Of a stretch of 64,000 bases of DNA, positions 40,120-52,334 are shown one piece after another. The DNA lies in contig USGP01000003.1 of NCBI GenBank assembly GCA_900554315.1, positions 9,208-73,207 of the forward strand, read 5' to 3'. A model generated the notes under the pieces. It made no database searches, was not told where the DNA came from, and saw only the letters and a list, made by a program, of their open reading frames with translations. Numbering within the stretch: the stretch's first letter is position 1; each line of letters begins with the position of its first letter. The position numbers were made by a program, and so were the translations under genes. Source of the stretch: an uncultured Mycoplasmatota bacterium. Lineage in GTDB: Bacteria; Bacillota_I; Bacilli_A; RF39; UBA660.

Positions 40120-41394
40120 TTACCTTCTACTATATCCTCTCTTATAACTTCTGGTCAAGATACTTCCTTCCAATTGTTTATAAGTTTCAAGTGCAACACC
40201 TACAACGATTAATAATCCTGTACCACCGATTGATACACTTGTAGGTAAACTTGTTATTTGTGAAAATAGAATTGGTAATCCGGCAATTATTACTAGGAAT
40301 GTTGCTCCTAAAATAGTTAGCCTTGATAAAATCTTACTTAAATGTTTCTTTGTATCTTCTCCAGGTCTAATACCAGGTATATACCCTCCGTTTTCTTGTA
40401 GGTTCTTAGCAAATTCATCTGGCTTTACTTGTATGAATGTATAGAAGTAAGCAAAGAAGAAAATGAATATAACATATATTAAGAATCCTACTGGAGTTGT
40501 ATATGTTAAATACTTTTGTACAACTAAAGTAAATGTATCATTTTTAATAACTTGTGCCAATATACCAGGAATTGCAAGTAAACTTGATGCAAAGATTACT
40601 GGAATAACTCCTGCTGTATTAATTTTAATTGGCATAAAACTTTGTGCTGATGCTCCATATGCACTTGTTGATTTGTTTGCATATTGGATTGGTATTCTTC
40701 TTTCTGATTCCTGAACAAAAATCATTCCAATAACAATTGCAAAGTATACAATTACAAATAGAATAAATTTAATAATTCCTAATGTAATTACTTGTGCAGT
40801 TCCATCTAATGTTACAAGTCCGGTAAAGGCATCTATAAACATCTGTGGAAGAGTTGCGATGATACCAGCCATAATAATTAAGCTTGTACCATTTCCTAAT
40901 CCCTTTTGAGATATTTGATCACCTAACCATAATAGGAATGCAGTACCTGCTGTTAGAACCGTTGCTATATATAAATATTCTAATACGTCACCGGTTCTTC
41001 CAATGAAGGCGAATGCAAATGCATATCCTTCAATGAAAGCAAATGCAATACCTAAGTATCTAGTAATTTGATTTAATTTTTGTCTTCCCGTTGCTCCTTG
41101 CTTTCTTAATTCAGAAAAGTATGGAACAATATCCATTTGTAATAACTGCATAATAATGGATGCAGTAATGTATGGCATTACACCTAAAGCGAATATTGAG
41201 AAGTTTTGTAAAGCTCCACCACCAAGGGTGTTAACCAATTCTAGAAAACCTAAATTACTTGTTAAGTCTTGTGTTCCTGGAACTCGAATTGAAATACCTA
41301 GTATGAAGATCAATAGTGCCCCAAGAGTAAAGTATAAACGATGACGTAAATCTTTGTTCGTTGAGGTAAATAATTGCTTCATAGTTTTGAACAT
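40120..41394 (-). CDS. secY: preprotein translocase subunit SecY
   Basis: 10-TM protein at the canonical position after rplO. Confidence 0.9.
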   Translation of the reverse strand: MFKTMKQLFTSTNKDLRHRLYFTLGALLIFILGISIRVPGTQDLTSNLGFLELVNTLGGGALQNFSIFALGVMPYITASIIMQLLQMDIVPYFSELRKQGATGRQKLNQITRYLGIAFAFIEGYAFAFAFIGRTGDVLEYLYIATVLTAGTAFLLWLGDQISQKGLGNGTSLIIMAGIIATLPQMFIDAFTGLVTLDGTAQVITLGIIKFILFVIVYFAIVIGMIFVQESERRIPIQYANKSTSAYGASAQSFMPIKINTAGVIPVIFASSLLAIPGILAQVIKNDTFTLVVQKYLTYTTPVGFLIYVIFIFFFAYFYTFIQVKPDEFAKNLQENGGYIPGIRPGEDTKKHLSKILSRLTILGATFLVIIAGLPILFSQITSLPTSVSIGGTGLLIVVGVALETYKQLEGSILTRSYKRGYSRR

Positions 41395-41395
41395 A

Positions 41396-41839
41396 CTAGA
41401 TCACCTCAGCTTTACTTCCTGATTCTTTGATCTTTTCTAATGCACTAGTTGAGAATTTATTTGCTTGAATTGTCAACTTATGCTCTAATTTTCCATTTCC
41501 TAATACTTTTAATCCGTCTAATTGTTTCTTAATAATTCCTTTATCCTTTAGTAATGCAGGTGTAACTACAGTACCATCTTCAAATACATTTAAGTCACTT
41601 AAGTTAACTGTAGCATAGCTAACTTTGAACTTAGCATTTGTAAATCCTCTTTTTGGTAATCTTCTATATAATGGTAATTGTCCACCTTCAAATACTGGAT
41701 TGATACTACCACCACTACGTGCTTTTTGTCCTTTTTGTCCGCGTCCACATGTTTTACCAAGACCACTACCTGGACCGCGTCCTACACGTTTTCTCGCATG
41801 AGTAGCACCGATATTTTTTTCTAATTCATGTAATTTCAT
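41396..41839 (-). CDS. rplO: 50S ribosomal protein L15
   Basis: [30 protein letters not shown]. Confidence 0.9.
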   Translation of the reverse strand: MKLHELEKNIGATHARKRVGRGPGSGLGKTCGRGQKGQKARSGGSINPVFEGGQLPLYRRLPKRGFTNAKFKVSYATVNLSDLNVFEDGTVVTPALLKDKGIIKKQLDGLKVLGNGKLEHKLTIQANKFSTSALEKIKESGSKAEVI

Positions 41840-42348
41840 TATCCTAATATCTCCTCTACTGTTTTACCGCGAAGTGCTGCTACTTGTTCAACAGTTTTCA
41901 TTGATTTTAATGCATTTAATGCAGCAGTTGCAGTATTAATTTTAGTTCTTGCTCCTAGTGATTTAGAGACAACATCACGAATTCCTGCTAATTCTAAGAT
42001 AGCACGAACAGCTCCACCAGCAATGATACCAGTACCAGCTGGAGCAGGTTTAATGATAACTCTTGCAGCACCACTTGTTCCTACCATTTCATGAGCTACT
42101 GTTCTTCCATCAATTAGAGGTATTGTGATCATTTTTTTGTTTGCATCTTGAATTGCTTTCTTAATTGCATCAGGTACTTCGTTTGCTTTACCAATACCTA
42201 ATCCAACTTTACCTTTACGGTCACCTACGACAACAGTTGCTGAATATCTTCTACGACGTCCACCTTTAGTAACTTTAACTACGCTTTTAACGTCGATTAC
42301 TAATTCTTCTAGCAACTTTTCTCTAGGTTCTTGAGACTTTCTTTGCAT
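41839..42348 (-). CDS. rpsE: 30S ribosomal protein S5
   Basis: [21 protein letters not shown]. rplO follows directly, so rpmD is absent. Confidence 0.9.
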   Translation of the reverse strand: MQRKSQEPREKLLEELVIDVKSVVKVTKGGRRRRYSATVVVGDRKGKVGLGIGKANEVPDAIKKAIQDANKKMITIPLIDGRTVAHEMVGTSGAARVIIKPAPAGTGIIAGGAVRAILELAGIRDVVSKSLGARTKINTATAALNALKSMKTVEQVAALRGKTVEEILG

Positions 42349-42360
42349 AATACCCTCCTA

Positions 42361-42723
42361 TTAGAATTCTAATCCATTTTCACGTGCAGCTTCTGCTAAA
42401 GCTTTTACACGTCCATGATAAAGGTATCCTCCTCTATCAAATACCACTTTTGTAATTTTTGCTTTTGTTGCTTTTTCGGCAATTGCCTTTCCAACAACTT
42501 TAGCTGCTTCAACATTACTTCCGTTTTCAATCTTTAAATCTTTGTCTAATGAGGAAGCAGATACAAGAGTAGTTCTAGTTTCATCATCGATAATTTGTGC
42601 ATAAATTCCAGTATTAGAACGGAATACGCATAATCTAGGTACTGCGCTTGTTCCCATTAAATCTTTACGAATTCTTTGATGGCGAACTTCACGCATATTA
42701 TTACGAGATTCTTTTTTTATCAT
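42361..42723 (-). CDS. rplR: 50S ribosomal protein L18
   Basis: [23 protein letters not shown]. Confidence 0.9.
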   Translation of the reverse strand: MIKKESRNNMREVRHQRIRKDLMGTSAVPRLCVFRSNTGIYAQIIDDETRTTLVSASSLDKDLKIENGSNVEAAKVVGKAIAEKATKAKITKVVFDRGGYLYHGRVKALAEAARENGLEF

Positions 42724-42748
42724 ACTTTGATTTCTCCTTTCCTACTTA

Positions 42749-43279
42749 TTAAGCAGCTTTCTTTCCTTCTTTACGACGAACATGTTCATCTTTATAACGA
42801 ATACCTTTACCTTTATATGGTTCAGGTTGTCTTACTTTTCTGATATTAGCAGCGAATTCTCCAACTAATACTTTATCAATTCCTTTAACAGTAATTTCAG
42901 TATTTCCGTTAGCTTCTACTGTTAATCCTTCTGGTACTTCAATCTCAACTGGATGAGAGTAACCAGCATTAATAACTAATTTTTTACCTTGAACATTGAA
43001 ACGATATCCAACACCAATGATTTCTAATCCTTTTTCATAACCTTTGGTAACACCTTCGATCATATTGTGGATTAATGCATTCATTGTACCGTGCATAGCT
43101 TTCGCATTTTCGTTCTTACGTTCTAAAGTAATTTTGTTATCTTCTTGTTTCATTGTAATGTCTTTTAACATTTTTTGTGATAATGTTCCTTTTGGTCCAG
43201 TTACTGTTACAACATTATTTTCTTCTGTAACTGTAACTCCTTCAGGAACAATAATTGTACGATTTCCTATACGGCTCAT
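42749..43279 (-). CDS. rplF: 50S ribosomal protein L6
   Basis: [17 protein letters not shown]. Confidence 0.9.
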   Translation of the reverse strand: MSRIGNRTIIVPEGVTVTEENNVVTVTGPKGTLSQKMLKDITMKQEDNKITLERKNENAKAMHGTMNALIHNMIEGVTKGYEKGLEIIGVGYRFNVQGKKLVINAGYSHPVEIEVPEGLTVEANGNTEITVKGIDKVLVGEFAANIRKVRQPEPYKGKGIRYKDEHVRRKEGKKAA

Positions 43280-43305
43280 CTTGACACCTCCTTATATTTT
43301 TTTTA

Positions 43306-43704
43306 TTACCAAATATAAGCTAGAACTTCCCCACCTATATTTTCTTTACGTGCTTCTTTATCTGTCATAATTCCTTTAGATGTAGAAAGGATAGCAATTC
43401 CTAATCCATTTAATACTCTTGGAATTTCGTTGCTGTTAACATAAACACGAAGTCCTGGTTTAGAAATTCTCTTTAGCCCTGTTATAACTCTTTCTTTCTT
43501 ATTATATTTTAAAGTTAAAAGAATTTTTCCTTGAGCATCTTCTTTTACAACTTTGTAATCTTTAATAAATCCTTCATCTTTTAAGATTCTTGCGATTTCT
43601 TCTTTCATTTTTGATGCAGGTACTTCTACTTGTTCATAACGCATTTGGTTAGCATTACGAATACGAGTTAACATATCTGCAATTGTATCTGTTACTACTG
43701 CCAT
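43306..43704 (-). CDS. rpsH: 30S ribosomal protein S8
   Basis: [19 protein letters not shown]. Start taken at the internal Met of the tracked ORF. Confidence 0.85.
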   Translation of the reverse strand: MAVVTDTIADMLTRIRNANQMRYEQVEVPASKMKEEIARILKDEGFIKDYKVVKEDAQGKILLTLKYNKKERVITGLKRISKPGLRVYVNSNEIPRVLNGLGIAILSTSKGIMTDKEARKENIGGEVLAYIW

Positions 43705-43724
43705 AATAAACTCCTCCTTTCCAA

Positions 43725-43910
43725 TTACCAACTTGATTTCTTAAGTCCTGGTATTTGTCCTTTATAAGCTAATTCACGGAAGCAAATACGGCAGATTCCG
43801 AATTTACTCATAACTGCGTGAGGTCTACCACAACGAGCACATCTAGTATATTCACGTACTTTAAACTTTTGTGGTCTATTAGCTTTTACTATCATACTTT
43901 TCTTTGCCAT
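43725..43910 (-). CDS. rpsN: 30S ribosomal protein S14 type Z (zinc-binding, 61 aa)
   Basis: CARCGRP...CRICFR four-Cys motif. Confidence 0.9.
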   Translation of the reverse strand: MAKKSMIVKANRPQKFKVREYTRCARCGRPHAVMSKFGICRICFRELAYKGQIPGLKKSSW

Positions 43911-43927
43911 AATATTCCTCCCATTTT

Positions 43928-44467
43928 TTACTTTCTAAAAGGAATTCCAAGTCCGTTTAATAAATCGAATGATTCTTCGTTAGTTTTTGCTGTTGTTACA
44001 AATACGATATCCATTCCACGTACTTTTACAACTTCATCATAATCAATTTCTGAAAAGATTAATTGTTCTTTAATTCCCATAGTATAGTTTCCTCTACCAT
44101 CAAAAGATTTTGGACTAACTCCACGGAAATCTCTTACTGCAGGTAGAGCAATTGCAATAAGTTTATCCATAAAGTTATACATGTTTTCTCCACGTAATGT
44201 AACTTTACATCCAATTGCATGTCCTTCTCTTACTTTAAATCCAGCGATTGACTTTTTAGCTCTTGTAATTACTGGCTTTTGTCCTGAGATTTTTGCTAAG
44301 TCAGCTACAGCTGCATCGATTAATTTTGAATTTGATGTAGCATCACCAACACCGATGTTAATAACAATCTTTTCTAACTTTGGAACTTCCATAATTGATT
44401 TATAATTATATTTTTCTTTTAAACTTGGAACAACTTCATTTAAGTATTTCTCTTTTAGGCGGTTCAT
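43928..44467 (-). CDS. rplE: 50S ribosomal protein L5
   Basis: [16 protein letters not shown]. Confidence 0.9.
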   Translation of the reverse strand: MNRLKEKYLNEVVPSLKEKYNYKSIMEVPKLEKIVINIGVGDATSNSKLIDAAVADLAKISGQKPVITRAKKSIAGFKVREGHAIGCKVTLRGENMYNFMDKLIAIALPAVRDFRGVSPKSFDGRGNYTMGIKEQLIFSEIDYDEVVKVRGMDIVFVTTAKTNEESFDLLNGLGIPFRK

Positions 44468-44484
44468 AGTTACCCTCCTTCCAA

Positions 44485-44796
44485 TTAATCAAGCTTCTCG
44501 TTTGATTTTTTTGTGATTCTAATTTTTTTACCTGTTTTTGTATCAGTTGTATGTCCGATTCTAGTTCCTTTTTTTGTTTTAGGATCAACAATCATAACAT
44601 TTGATGCATGAATTGGTTTTTCTACTTCAATAATTCCACCAGATTCATTAGCTGTAGGTTTTTGATGTTTCTTTACAACATTAACACCTTCAACTACAAC
44701 TTTATTTTCGCTTCTTAATGTTTTAATAATTTTTCCTTCTTTACCTTTATCAGAACCAGCGATAACTACAACTTTATCTCCTACTTTAAAGTTCAT
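44485..44796 (-). CDS. rplX: 50S ribosomal protein L24
   Basis: [21 protein letters not shown] motif. Confidence 0.9.
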   Translation of the reverse strand: MNFKVGDKVVVIAGSDKGKEGKIIKTLRSENKVVVEGVNVVKKHQKPTANESGGIIEVEKPIHASNVMIVDPKTKKGTRIGHTTDTKTGKKIRITKKSNEKLD

Positions 44797-44811
44797 AATT
44801 TATCCTCCTCA

Positions 44812-45180
44812 TTATAGTACTTCTTTTGCTAAAGAAACAATTTTCATGTAGTCTTTATCACGAAGTTCTCTTGCGACTGGTCCAAAAATACGAGTACCTA
44901 CTGGACTCTTGTCATCACGAATGATAACACAAGCATTGTCATCGAACTTAATATAACTTCCATCTTCACGACGAACGCCTTGACGACTACGAACGATAAC
45001 TGCTTTTACAACTTTTCCTTTTGGTAATGGTGAATTTGGAATTGCATTCTTAACTGTTCCAACTACTACATCACCAATGTTACCTGTTTTTACTTTACTT
45101 CCGCCAAGTACACGAATTACTAATAATTCACGTGCACCAGTGTTATCAGCAACTTTTAAGCGGCTTTCTTGTTGTAACAT
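44812..45180 (-). CDS. rplN: 50S ribosomal protein L14
   Basis: [18 protein letters not shown]. Confidence 0.9.
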   Translation of the reverse strand: MLQQESRLKVADNTGARELLVIRVLGGSKVKTGNIGDVVVGTVKNAIPNSPLPKGKVVKAVIVRSRQGVRREDGSYIKFDDNACVIIRDDKSPVGTRIFGPVARELRDKDYMKIVSLAKEVL

Positions 45181-45214
45181 AGATTATTCCTCCTTCTTTT
45201 TAATCATCTAAGCG

Positions 45215-45475
45215 TTAAATAATAACTGCTTCTTTTACAACTTCTTTTAAATAGAAATGCTTTGTTTTTGACATTGGTCTTGTTTCAGCTATACGAACAG
45301 TGTCTCCAACTTTAGCAATATTTTTTTCATCATGTACACTATATTTCTTAGAGCTTTTAACTCTCTTGTGATATAATGGATGGTCTTTATAAGTTTCAAC
45401 TAAAACGCTAATTGTCTTATCATTTGATGCACTAATTACTTTTCCAACTAATTCTCTTTTAATTTTCTTTTCCAT
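45215..45475 (-). CDS. rpsQ: 30S ribosomal protein S17
   Basis: [31 protein letters not shown]. Confidence 0.85.
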   Translation of the reverse strand: MEKKIKRELVGKVISASNDKTISVLVETYKDHPLYHKRVKSSKKYSVHDEKNIAKVGDTVRIAETRPMSKTKHFYLKEVVKEAVII

Positions 45476-45486
45476 TATATAACCTC

Positions 45487-45681
45487 CTATTCGTTACTTT
45501 CACGTTCTTTTAGAACAGTTTTCATTCTTGCAACGGTGTGTCTTAAATCTCTAATTCTAGAAGGTTTTTCAAGGTTTCCTGTAGCTTGTTGGAAACGTAA
45601 GTTAAATAATTCTTGTTTTGCTTCAAATAATTTTGCATTGATTTCTTCAGTTGTTAATTCTCTAATCTCTTTAACCTTCAT
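45487..45681 (-). CDS. rpmC: 50S ribosomal protein L29
   Basis: [31 protein letters not shown]. Start at the internal Met. Confidence 0.85.
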   Translation of the reverse strand: MKVKEIRELTTEEINAKLFEAKQELFNLRFQQATGNLEKPSRIRDLRHTVARMKTVLKERESNE

Positions 45682-46102
45682 TATTTTCACCACCATTTTC
45701 TTTCATTACAAATTTTGTTGCTATTGGTAGTTTATGAGATGCTAAACGTAATGCTTCACGAGCAACATCTTCAGTAACTCCAGAAATTTCAAATAGAATT
45801 TTTCCTTCTTTAACAACAGCAACCCATCCTTCAACGTTACCTTTACCTTTACCTTGTCTTGTACCAATTGGTTTTCTAGTAAGTGGCATGTGTGGGAATA
45901 TATTAATCCATACTTTACCACCACGTTTCATGTAACGAGTCATAGCAATACGAGCAGCTTCGATTTGATTCGCTGTAATCCAAGCTCCTTCTTTTGCTTG
46001 AAGACCATATTCTCCAAAACTTAATGTTCTATTTCCACGTGACTTTCCTTCGTAAGGTAATCTATGAACACGACGATATTTAGTTCTTGACGGTATTAAC
46101 AT
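45671..46102 (-). CDS. rplP: 50S ribosomal protein L16
   Basis: [14 protein letters not shown]. Confidence 0.9.
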   Translation of the reverse strand: MLIPSRTKYRRVHRLPYEGKSRGNRTLSFGEYGLQAKEGAWITANQIEAARIAMTRYMKRGGKVWINIFPHMPLTRKPIGTRQGKGKGNVEGWVAVVKEGKILFEISGVTEDVAREALRLASHKLPIATKFVMKENGGENNEG

Positions 46103-46103
46103 A

Positions 46104-46754
46104 TTAATTACCTCCCTTAGATTTCTTGTTTAGGATTTCTCCTTTATAGATCCATACCTTTACACCAATCTTACCAAATGTTGTATCTGCTTCTGATGTA
46201 GCATAATCAACATCTGCTCTTAATGTATGTAGAGGAATAGTTCCTTCTGTGTATCCTTCGCTACGTGCCATATCAGCACCACCTAAACGTCCAGATACTG
46301 ATGTTTTAATTCCTTTAGCTCCTGCTTTCATAGCATTTCTGATTGCACGTTTTTGAGCCATACGGAATGATGCTCTATTAGTAATTTGGTTAGCAATTGA
46401 ATCAGCAACTAATTGAGCATTTAAATCTGCTTTTTTAATATCAACGATTGAGATTTGAACGTTTTCATCTGCAACCTTTGATAGTTGTTTCTTTAATTTT
46501 TCGATTTCTTCTCCACCACGGCCAATCATAACACCTGGTTTAGAAGTGTGGATTACAACTTCACATCTTTTTGGATTTCTTTCGATTTCAACTTTTGCGA
46601 TACCAGCATTTTTCATGTTCTTTTCTAAATATTTACGAATTTCAATATCTTTTAATAACACTTTAGAAAAGTCATTTTTCTTTGCGTACCACTTTGCTTC
46701 CCAGTCTTTGTTGATGCCAAGTCTTAACCCATTAGGATTAACTTTTTGTCCCAT
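46104..46754 (-). CDS. rpsC: 30S ribosomal protein S3
   Basis: [24 protein letters not shown]. Confidence 0.9.
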   Translation of the reverse strand: MGQKVNPNGLRLGINKDWEAKWYAKKNDFSKVLLKDIEIRKYLEKNMKNAGIAKVEIERNPKRCEVVIHTSKPGVMIGRGGEEIEKLKKQLSKVADENVQISIVDIKKADLNAQLVADSIANQITNRASFRMAQKRAIRNAMKAGAKGIKTSVSGRLGGADMARSEGYTEGTIPLHTLRADVDYATSEADTTFGKIGVKVWIYKGEILNKKSKGGN

Positions 46755-46769
46755 GTTTTAACCTCCTTA

Positions 46770-47105
46770 TTAGTTTTTTGTAGCCACTACGATAATAATG
46801 TGACTAGTTCTATGATCTCTATGTCCTATGTGAGAACGTGAATCAAAAAAGTGACGTTTCATAACAGGACCAGCATCTACTCTTGCTTCTTTTACATAAA
46901 GTGTAGCAGCATCAGCGTTATTATTGTTAACTGCGTTTGCAATAGCTGAATCTAAAACTTTTTTGATAAGTCTTGCTGACTTGTTTGAAGTGTTCATTAA
47001 GATGTTAGCTGCTTCTTGTACACTTTTACCACGAATCATATCGATTGTTAATCGAGCTCTGATTGGTGATACTCTAAGTCCTTTAGCAATTGCTCTTGCT
47101 TCCAT
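46770..47105 (-). CDS. rplV: 50S ribosomal protein L22
   Basis: MEARAIAKGLRVSPIRARL. Confidence 0.9.
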   Translation of the reverse strand: MEARAIAKGLRVSPIRARLTIDMIRGKSVQEAANILMNTSNKSARLIKKVLDSAIANAVNNNNADAATLYVKEARVDAGPVMKRHFFDSRSHIGHRDHRTSHIIIVVATKN

Positions 47106-47131
47106 TTCTTTCCCTCCTAGTCATTTTTAAA

Positions 47132-47398
47132 TTATTTCTTGTCTGAACCATGTCCACCGAATTTACGAGTTAATGCAAATTCACCTAATTTGTGTCCAAC
47201 CATATCTTCAGTTATATATACTGGTATAAATTCTTTACCATTGTGAACAGCAAATGTATGTCCTATAAAATCAGGAAAAATAGTGGAACGGCGTGACCAT
47301 GTTTTAATGACTTCTTTTTTTCCAGACTTATTTAATTCTTGAACCTTTTTTAGTAATCTATCGAATACATAAGGTCCCTTTTTTAAACTTCTTGCCAT
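47132..47398 (-). CDS. rpsS: 30S ribosomal protein S19
   Basis: [16 protein letters not shown]...[11 protein letters not shown]. Confidence 0.9.
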   Translation of the reverse strand: MARSLKKGPYVFDRLLKKVQELNKSGKKEVIKTWSRRSTIFPDFIGHTFAVHNGKEFIPVYITEDMVGHKLGEFALTRKFGGHGSDKK

Positions 47399-47415
47399 TA
47401 TTCAATCATCCTTTC

Positions 47416-48246
47416 CTATTTACTATTACGACGACGTACGATGAATTTGTCTGATTGTTTTTTCTTACGTGTCTTTAATCCAAGTGCAGGTTTACCCCAT
47501 GGAGTCATTGGTGCTTTACGTCCAACTGGAGCACGTCCTTCACCACCACCATGTGGATGGTCGTTAGGGTTCATAACAGAACCACGAACTGTAGGTCTGA
47601 TACCCATGTGACGTTTACGTCCTGCTTTACCTAATCTAACAAGTGATGCGTCTTCATTTCCAACTTCACCAATTGTTGCCATACATGTTCCTAAAACTTT
47701 TCTTTGTTCACCAGATGATAAACGAATCATTACATATTTTCCTTCACGACCTAGGATTTGTGCAGAGCTACCAGCTGATCTTGCTAATTCTCCACCTTTT
47801 CCTGGACGTAATTCAATATTATGAATCATTGTACCTACTGGAATGTTCATAATTGGTAATGCGTTACCAACTTTAATATCTGCTTTTGCTCCTGCTTCAA
47901 TTGCCATTCCAACTTGTAACCCTTTTGGAGCAATGATATATCTTTTTTCACCATCTGCATAATTAATTAATGCGATGTTAGCAGTTCTATTTGGATCATA
48001 TTCGATACTTGCTACTGTACCAGGTACCTCTAATTTATTTCTTTTAAAATCAATGATACGATATTTTCTTTTAACTCCGCCACCTTGATGACGAACTGTT
48101 ATCTTACCTTGATTGTTACGTCCACTATTTTTCTTAATAGTAGTTAATAGAGATTTTTCAGGAGTACTTGTAGTAATTTCATCATTTACTAATGTACTCA
48201 TTTTTCTACGACCTGGTGTAGTAGGTTTATATGTTTTAATTGCCAT
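47416..48246 (-). CDS. rplB: 50S ribosomal protein L2
   Basis: [14 protein letters not shown]...[12 protein letters not shown]. Confidence 0.9.
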   Translation of the reverse strand: MAIKTYKPTTPGRRKMSTLVNDEITTSTPEKSLLTTIKKNSGRNNQGKITVRHQGGGVKRKYRIIDFKRNKLEVPGTVASIEYDPNRTANIALINYADGEKRYIIAPKGLQVGMAIEAGAKADIKVGNALPIMNIPVGTMIHNIELRPGKGGELARSAGSSAQILGREGKYVMIRLSSGEQRKVLGTCMATIGEVGNEDASLVRLGKAGRKRHMGIRPTVRGSVMNPNDHPHGGGEGRAPVGRKAPMTPWGKPALGLKTRKKKQSDKFIVRRRNSK

Positions 48247-48262
48247 AATTTATTTCCTCCTT

Positions 48263-48547
48263 CTAACCAAGATCAATTGTTTGTCCTTCAGCCAAAGTAA
48301 CAATTGCTTTCTTTGTACGATTCGTTAATCCTGTATAACGACCAACTCTTCTCTTTTTAGGCTTTACATTAATTGTTCTAATTGATGTAACCTTAACATT
48401 AAAGATTTTTTCAATTGCGTTTTTAATTTCAATTTTGTTAGCTCTTGGATCAACTTTGAATGTATATTTTCCGTTTTCTTTATCTGCCATTGATTTTTCA
48501 GTAATAACTGGTGCCTTGATGATTTCTAAATACTTAGTGTCTTTCAT
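48263..48547 (-). CDS. rplW: 50S ribosomal protein L23
   Basis: [11 protein letters not shown]...[18 protein letters not shown]. Confidence 0.9.
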   Translation of the reverse strand: MKDTKYLEIIKAPVITEKSMADKENGKYTFKVDPRANKIEIKNAIEKIFNVKVTSIRTINVKPKKRRVGRYTGLTNRTKKAIVTLAEGQTIDLG

Positions 48548-49173
48548 TATTTAAGCACCTCCTCTACAGCGTTTAATGCATCTTGTGTAAATACTACTAC
48601 ATCTGTACCTACAACATCTAATACATTGATTTCATCTGCTAAAATTAGTACTACATTTTGTAAATTTCTTGATGCTAAAATCATATTGTCATCAAATTCT
48701 TTTACTACTAATAATACTTTTTTATCAGCAATTTTTAATGTTTCTAATAAAGCTTTCATATCTTTAGTCTTTGGTGTTGCTAAGTTCAAGTTTTCTAAAA
48801 CCATGATTGCTTTTTCATTAGCTTTATCTGCTAAAGCTGACTTGATTGCAAGCCTTCTTTCTTTACGATTTTGTTTCTTGCTGTAATCTCTTGGTACTGG
48901 AGTTCCATATCTTCCTCCACCTACCCATTGTACAGCTCTGATAGAACCTTGACGTGCACGTCCAGTTCCTTTTTGTCTCCATGGCTTTCTTCCGCCACCA
49001 CTTACTTCACTTCTGTTCTTAGTACTATGAGTTCCTTGTCTTAATGATGCTCTTGCTAAAATGATTGCATCATATAAAACGTTTTTGTTTGGTTCGATTC
49101 CAAATACATTTTCGTTTAAGTTAATGTCCTTTACTTTTTCACCTTTAAGATTTAAAAGTTCTACTTTTTTCAT
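48547..49173 (-). CDS. rplD: 50S ribosomal protein L4
   Basis: [19 protein letters not shown]. Confidence 0.9.
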   Translation of the reverse strand: MKKVELLNLKGEKVKDINLNENVFGIEPNKNVLYDAIILARASLRQGTHSTKNRSEVSGGGRKPWRQKGTGRARQGSIRAVQWVGGGRYGTPVPRDYSKKQNRKERRLAIKSALADKANEKAIMVLENLNLATPKTKDMKALLETLKIADKKVLLVVKEFDDNMILASRNLQNVVLILADEINVLDVVGTDVVVFTQDALNAVEEVLK

Positions 49174-49238
49174 CTACGATTCCTCCTTTCATCACATTTC
49201 CTTATTTTTCTTATTTTTTGATTTGTTCCTGTGATGAT

Positions 49239-49964
49239 TTATTCAGCTGTCTCTTCTGCAGGTGCTTCTGTTTGAGTAGCTTCAGCTTCAACTTTTGGTT
49301 CTTCGTATGAAACTAAGTCAGCTTTTTCTCTCTTAACATTTGGTTTCTTAACTGCAGTACGAATCATAACTAATGATTTCTTTGGACCTGGAACATTTCC
49401 TTTTACTAAGATTACACTATTTTCAGTATCTACTGAAATAATTTCTAGATTTTGAACAGTTCTTGCTACATTACCCATTTGTCCAGGCATTTTCTTACCT
49501 TTCAAAACGTGCATTGGTAACATAGTACCTAATGAACCTACGCCTCTATGGTATTGAGAACCATGACCCATAGGTCCACGGCTTTGGTTATGACGTTTGA
49601 TAACACCTTGGAAACCTTTACCTTTACTAGTTCCGCTTACGTCAACCATTTCTCCTTCTTCGAAGATATCTACACCAATAACTTGTCCCAATGTATAATC
49701 TTCTACATTTACTCCTCTAATTTCTCTTAAGAAGCGCTTAGGTTCAGTACCAGCTTTTTTAGTATGACCAACAGCTGGTTTGTTTGATAATTTTTCTCTA
49801 ATAGTATCTGTTGCTAATTGGATAGCATCATAACCATCGTTTGCTACTGTCTTAATTTGAGTTACAACATTTGGTTCAACTTCAATAACAGTAACTGGAA
49901 TTAACTTACCATTCTTAGTGAATACTTGAGTCATTCCAACTTTTTTACCTAAGATTCCTTTCAT
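49239..49964 (-). CDS. rplC: 50S ribosomal protein L3
   Basis: [28 protein letters not shown]. Confidence 0.9.
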   Translation of the reverse strand: MKGILGKKVGMTQVFTKNGKLIPVTVIEVEPNVVTQIKTVANDGYDAIQLATDTIREKLSNKPAVGHTKKAGTEPKRFLREIRGVNVEDYTLGQVIGVDIFEEGEMVDVSGTSKGKGFQGVIKRHNQSRGPMGHGSQYHRGVGSLGTMLPMHVLKGKKMPGQMGNVARTVQNLEIISVDTENSVILVKGNVPGPKKSLVMIRTAVKKPNVKREKADLVSYEEPKVEAEATQTEAPAEETAE

Positions 49965-49979
49965 TATTGTTTCCTCCTA

Positions 49980-50291
49980 TTATTTTGTTTTGATTTCAAT
50001 ATCAACCCCGCTAGGTAAATCTAAATGAGCTAATGCGTCAATAGTTTCCTTGCTAGGATTTTTGATATCAATAAGTCTCTTATGCGTACGCATTTCGAAT
50101 TGTTCACGTGAATCCTTGTATTTATGAACAGCCCTTAAAATTGTAAACTTTTCAATTTCAGTTGGTAGTGGTACTGGACCAGAAATTTCTCCACCTGATC
50201 TTTTAATTGTTTCCACAATTTTAGTTACTGCATTATCAAGAATTCTGTGATCATATGATTTTAATCTGATACGAACTTTTGATGTTGACAT
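49980..50291 (-). CDS. rpsJ: 30S ribosomal protein S10
   Basis: [13 protein letters not shown]...[14 protein letters not shown]. Confidence 0.9.
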   Translation of the reverse strand: MSTSKVRIRLKSYDHRILDNAVTKIVETIKRSGGEISGPVPLPTEIEKFTILRAVHKYKDSREQFEMRTHKRLIDIKNPSKETIDALAHLDLPSGVDIEIKTK

Positions 50292-50478
50292 TAAAAATCC
50301 TCCCTTCGCCTATATCTAGTATAGACTTGCTCCGTGCAAATAACCCGATACCAAATTAGCAACTTAACCTGGTGTATCGACAACCTCGCACATCTAAGCA
50401 GTCACACGTAATTAATTATAACAAGGAATATCAACAAATGCAAGCACTTTTTTGTAGAAATTTTTTATTTTTTCATAG
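50292..50478 (-). promoter_or_regulatory. S10 operon promoter and 5' leader
   Basis: ~190-nt untranslated region between the upstream terminator hairpin (agagcaaaaa...tttttgctct, ~50481-50520) and rpsJ. Confidence 0.4.
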
Positions 50479-50500
50479 AAAAAGAGCAAAAATACATTTT

Positions 50501-50983
50501 TTAGTTTTTTGCTCTCTTTTTATACTGTACAGGAGGTTCAAATTCACACATACCTCTCCAGTAATCAATATCATTAGTTCCTTCTTCTAATAATTTTTCA
50601 CGTAACTTTTCTACATTGCCATTTCTATCATATAATAGTGTTCCATATTTTACTTCTTGTTCAAAAGAATAATCTCCGCGCATTGTAGTTCTTGATTCAT
50701 CATCTTCTAGTGCCCATAAATTTGCACTTTCTGTATGAATGTCCATTTCTATATCTTCATTTGTTATATTTTTCCATTCAACACTTTCGGGTGTGTATGA
50801 ATTATATAGAAATAACAAATGGATTCCTTCTGGTTGCGTTCCCCATGCTGTAGCAGTCGCAACAATACCCTCTATAGCCTCTATATCATCTTTTCTTAGT
50901 GCTCTGGCTATTTCATCTGACACCATATCATTTAATCTTTCCATCTTTGATGGTTCTACTTGTACTTTTCTTAAACTTTTCAT
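50501..50983 (-). CDS. hypothetical protein, paralog of 51047..51547
   Basis: 160 aa. Shares LYDR(N/D)..(V/I)(E/K)(K/E)L, (Y)W and a C-terminal C.F.PPVQY block with its neighbour. Confidence 0.5.
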   Translation of the reverse strand: MKSLRKVQVEPSKMERLNDMVSDEIARALRKDDIEAIEGIVATATAWGTQPEGIHLLFLYNSYTPESVEWKNITNEDIEMDIHTESANLWALEDDESRTTMRGDYSFEQEVKYGTLLYDRNGNVEKLREKLLEEGTNDIDYWRGMCEFEPPVQYKKRAKN

Positions 50984-51046
50984 ATTCCAAACCTTCCCTT
51001 TATTTATTGTCTATTCTATACGCAACGCAATTCAAAATTTAATCAA

Positions 51047-51547
51047 TTATTTTCTAATATATTGTACTGGCGGATTAAACAAACAAACTTCATTCGCCCA
51101 GTATGGTGCTATTTCATCTAATGATGGATCATTTTGTAGGTCTGCTTGTAATTCTTTTATTCTATTATCTCTATCATACAAAACACTTCCACTTCTGGCA
51201 TTAAATTCTCTAGGAGATTCTATTCTGTCTTGAAATCTTTCTTCTAATCTATAGTACCATTCTGGTACATTTTCTATTCTAACATCCATTCCCGTTAAAG
51301 ATCTGATACGTTGTTCCTCTTGCATAGAAAGTTGAACTGGCTCTATATTAGCATCATTCCAGATAAATGTTAATTCTATTTCTGGCCTAAAATGATTGCT
51401 TCCAATATATATAATTCCTTCTAGGTATTCACTTTGTCTTTCGTCTGATAAAACAGCATTAATTTTTTCGCTTAGTAAATCATTCATTACAGACATTTTC
51501 TTTTTATCTACTTTTACTGTTTTTAATTCTTCCATACCGTTTTTCAT
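51047..51547 (-). CDS. hypothetical protein, paralog of 50501..50983
   Basis: 166 aa, same conserved blocks. Confidence 0.5.
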   Translation of the reverse strand: MKNGMEELKTVKVDKKKMSVMNDLLSEKINAVLSDERQSEYLEGIIYIGSNHFRPEIELTFIWNDANIEPVQLSMQEEQRIRSLTGMDVRIENVPEWYYRLEERFQDRIESPREFNARSGSVLYDRDNRIKELQADLQNDPSLDEIAPYWANEVCLFNPPVQYIRK

Positions 51548-51608
51548 CCCCTAATTTCATTGTATATTTCATAAATGATTTCGTCAACAAAAAAAGAGGT
51601 TTTCCTCT

Positions 51609-52301
51609 TTATTTTACCATTTGTCTCTCGTTTGGTCTCGTAAAATTTACTTTTTGGCTATTCATGAAATCATAAATTGATCTTATTTCTTTACCTCGAT
51701 AACTTCTTTCTTCAAAAATAGCATCTTTAGGATATGAACTATAACCCTTTAACTCTTCCTGATATATAATCTCTCCAGTAATAGCATCATAATTACCATC
51801 ACTATGTTTTACTATAAACCAAAATTGTCCATTGTCATCATTATATTTTACATTTAGTTCTTCATAAGGAATTTCTGTAGTGTCAACAATATCAAGTTGG
51901 GCACGATATTGACTATAAGGATTCCTATTTCTTGATGGATAAATATGAGTTTTAGGAACAGGTTTTGGTTCAGACTCTACCTTTCCTGTTCCAAAGGTAA
52001 AGTTTACTTTTTGCCTAGCTAACTCGTTATATTTTTCTGCTAAATATTGTGCTTTGACTGGTCCATCTCCTTCTGGTAGAAAATCTTTTTTATCTACTTT
52101 CTCATACCCCATTAATTCTTCTCTTTCCACTTTTGCTCCACTAATAGCATCATAATAGGTTACCCAGTAATTACCATCTAATTCTTTTTCTGTAACAAGG
52201 AAAAAGAAGCTTCCATCTTTTCCGTTATATCCTATTTCTATATCATCTCTTGCAAATTCTGTATCTTTTGTTATCTCTATTTCACCTTTTTGTCTATACA
52301 T
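51609..52301 (-). CDS. hypothetical protein with internal tandem duplication
   Basis: Two ~100-aa repeats (GKDGSFFFLV...GNYWVTYYDAISG...EELMGYEKV...QKVNFTFG and DDNGQFWFIV...GNYDAITGEIIYQEELKGYSS...QKVNFTRP). Confidence 0.45.
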   Translation of the reverse strand: MYRQKGEIEITKDTEFARDDIEIGYNGKDGSFFFLVTEKELDGNYWVTYYDAISGAKVEREELMGYEKVDKKDFLPEGDGPVKAQYLAEKYNELARQKVNFTFGTGKVESEPKPVPKTHIYPSRNRNPYSQYRAQLDIVDTTEIPYEELNVKYNDDNGQFWFIVKHSDGNYDAITGEIIYQEELKGYSSYPKDAIFEERSYRGKEIRSIYDFMNSQKVNFTRPNERQMVK

Positions 52302-52334
52302 TTCCTACTCTCCCCTTTTTTTCTCGTTATTATA

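Noticed and set aside
36548-50291. Numerous 60-110-aa plus-strand ORFs across the ribosomal operon (e.g. 37035..37286, 43044..43370, 45536..45730, 47643..47852)
   Set aside because: All are antisense to well-supported ribosomal protein genes and have Leu/Phe/Ile-rich compositions. They are frame artefacts.
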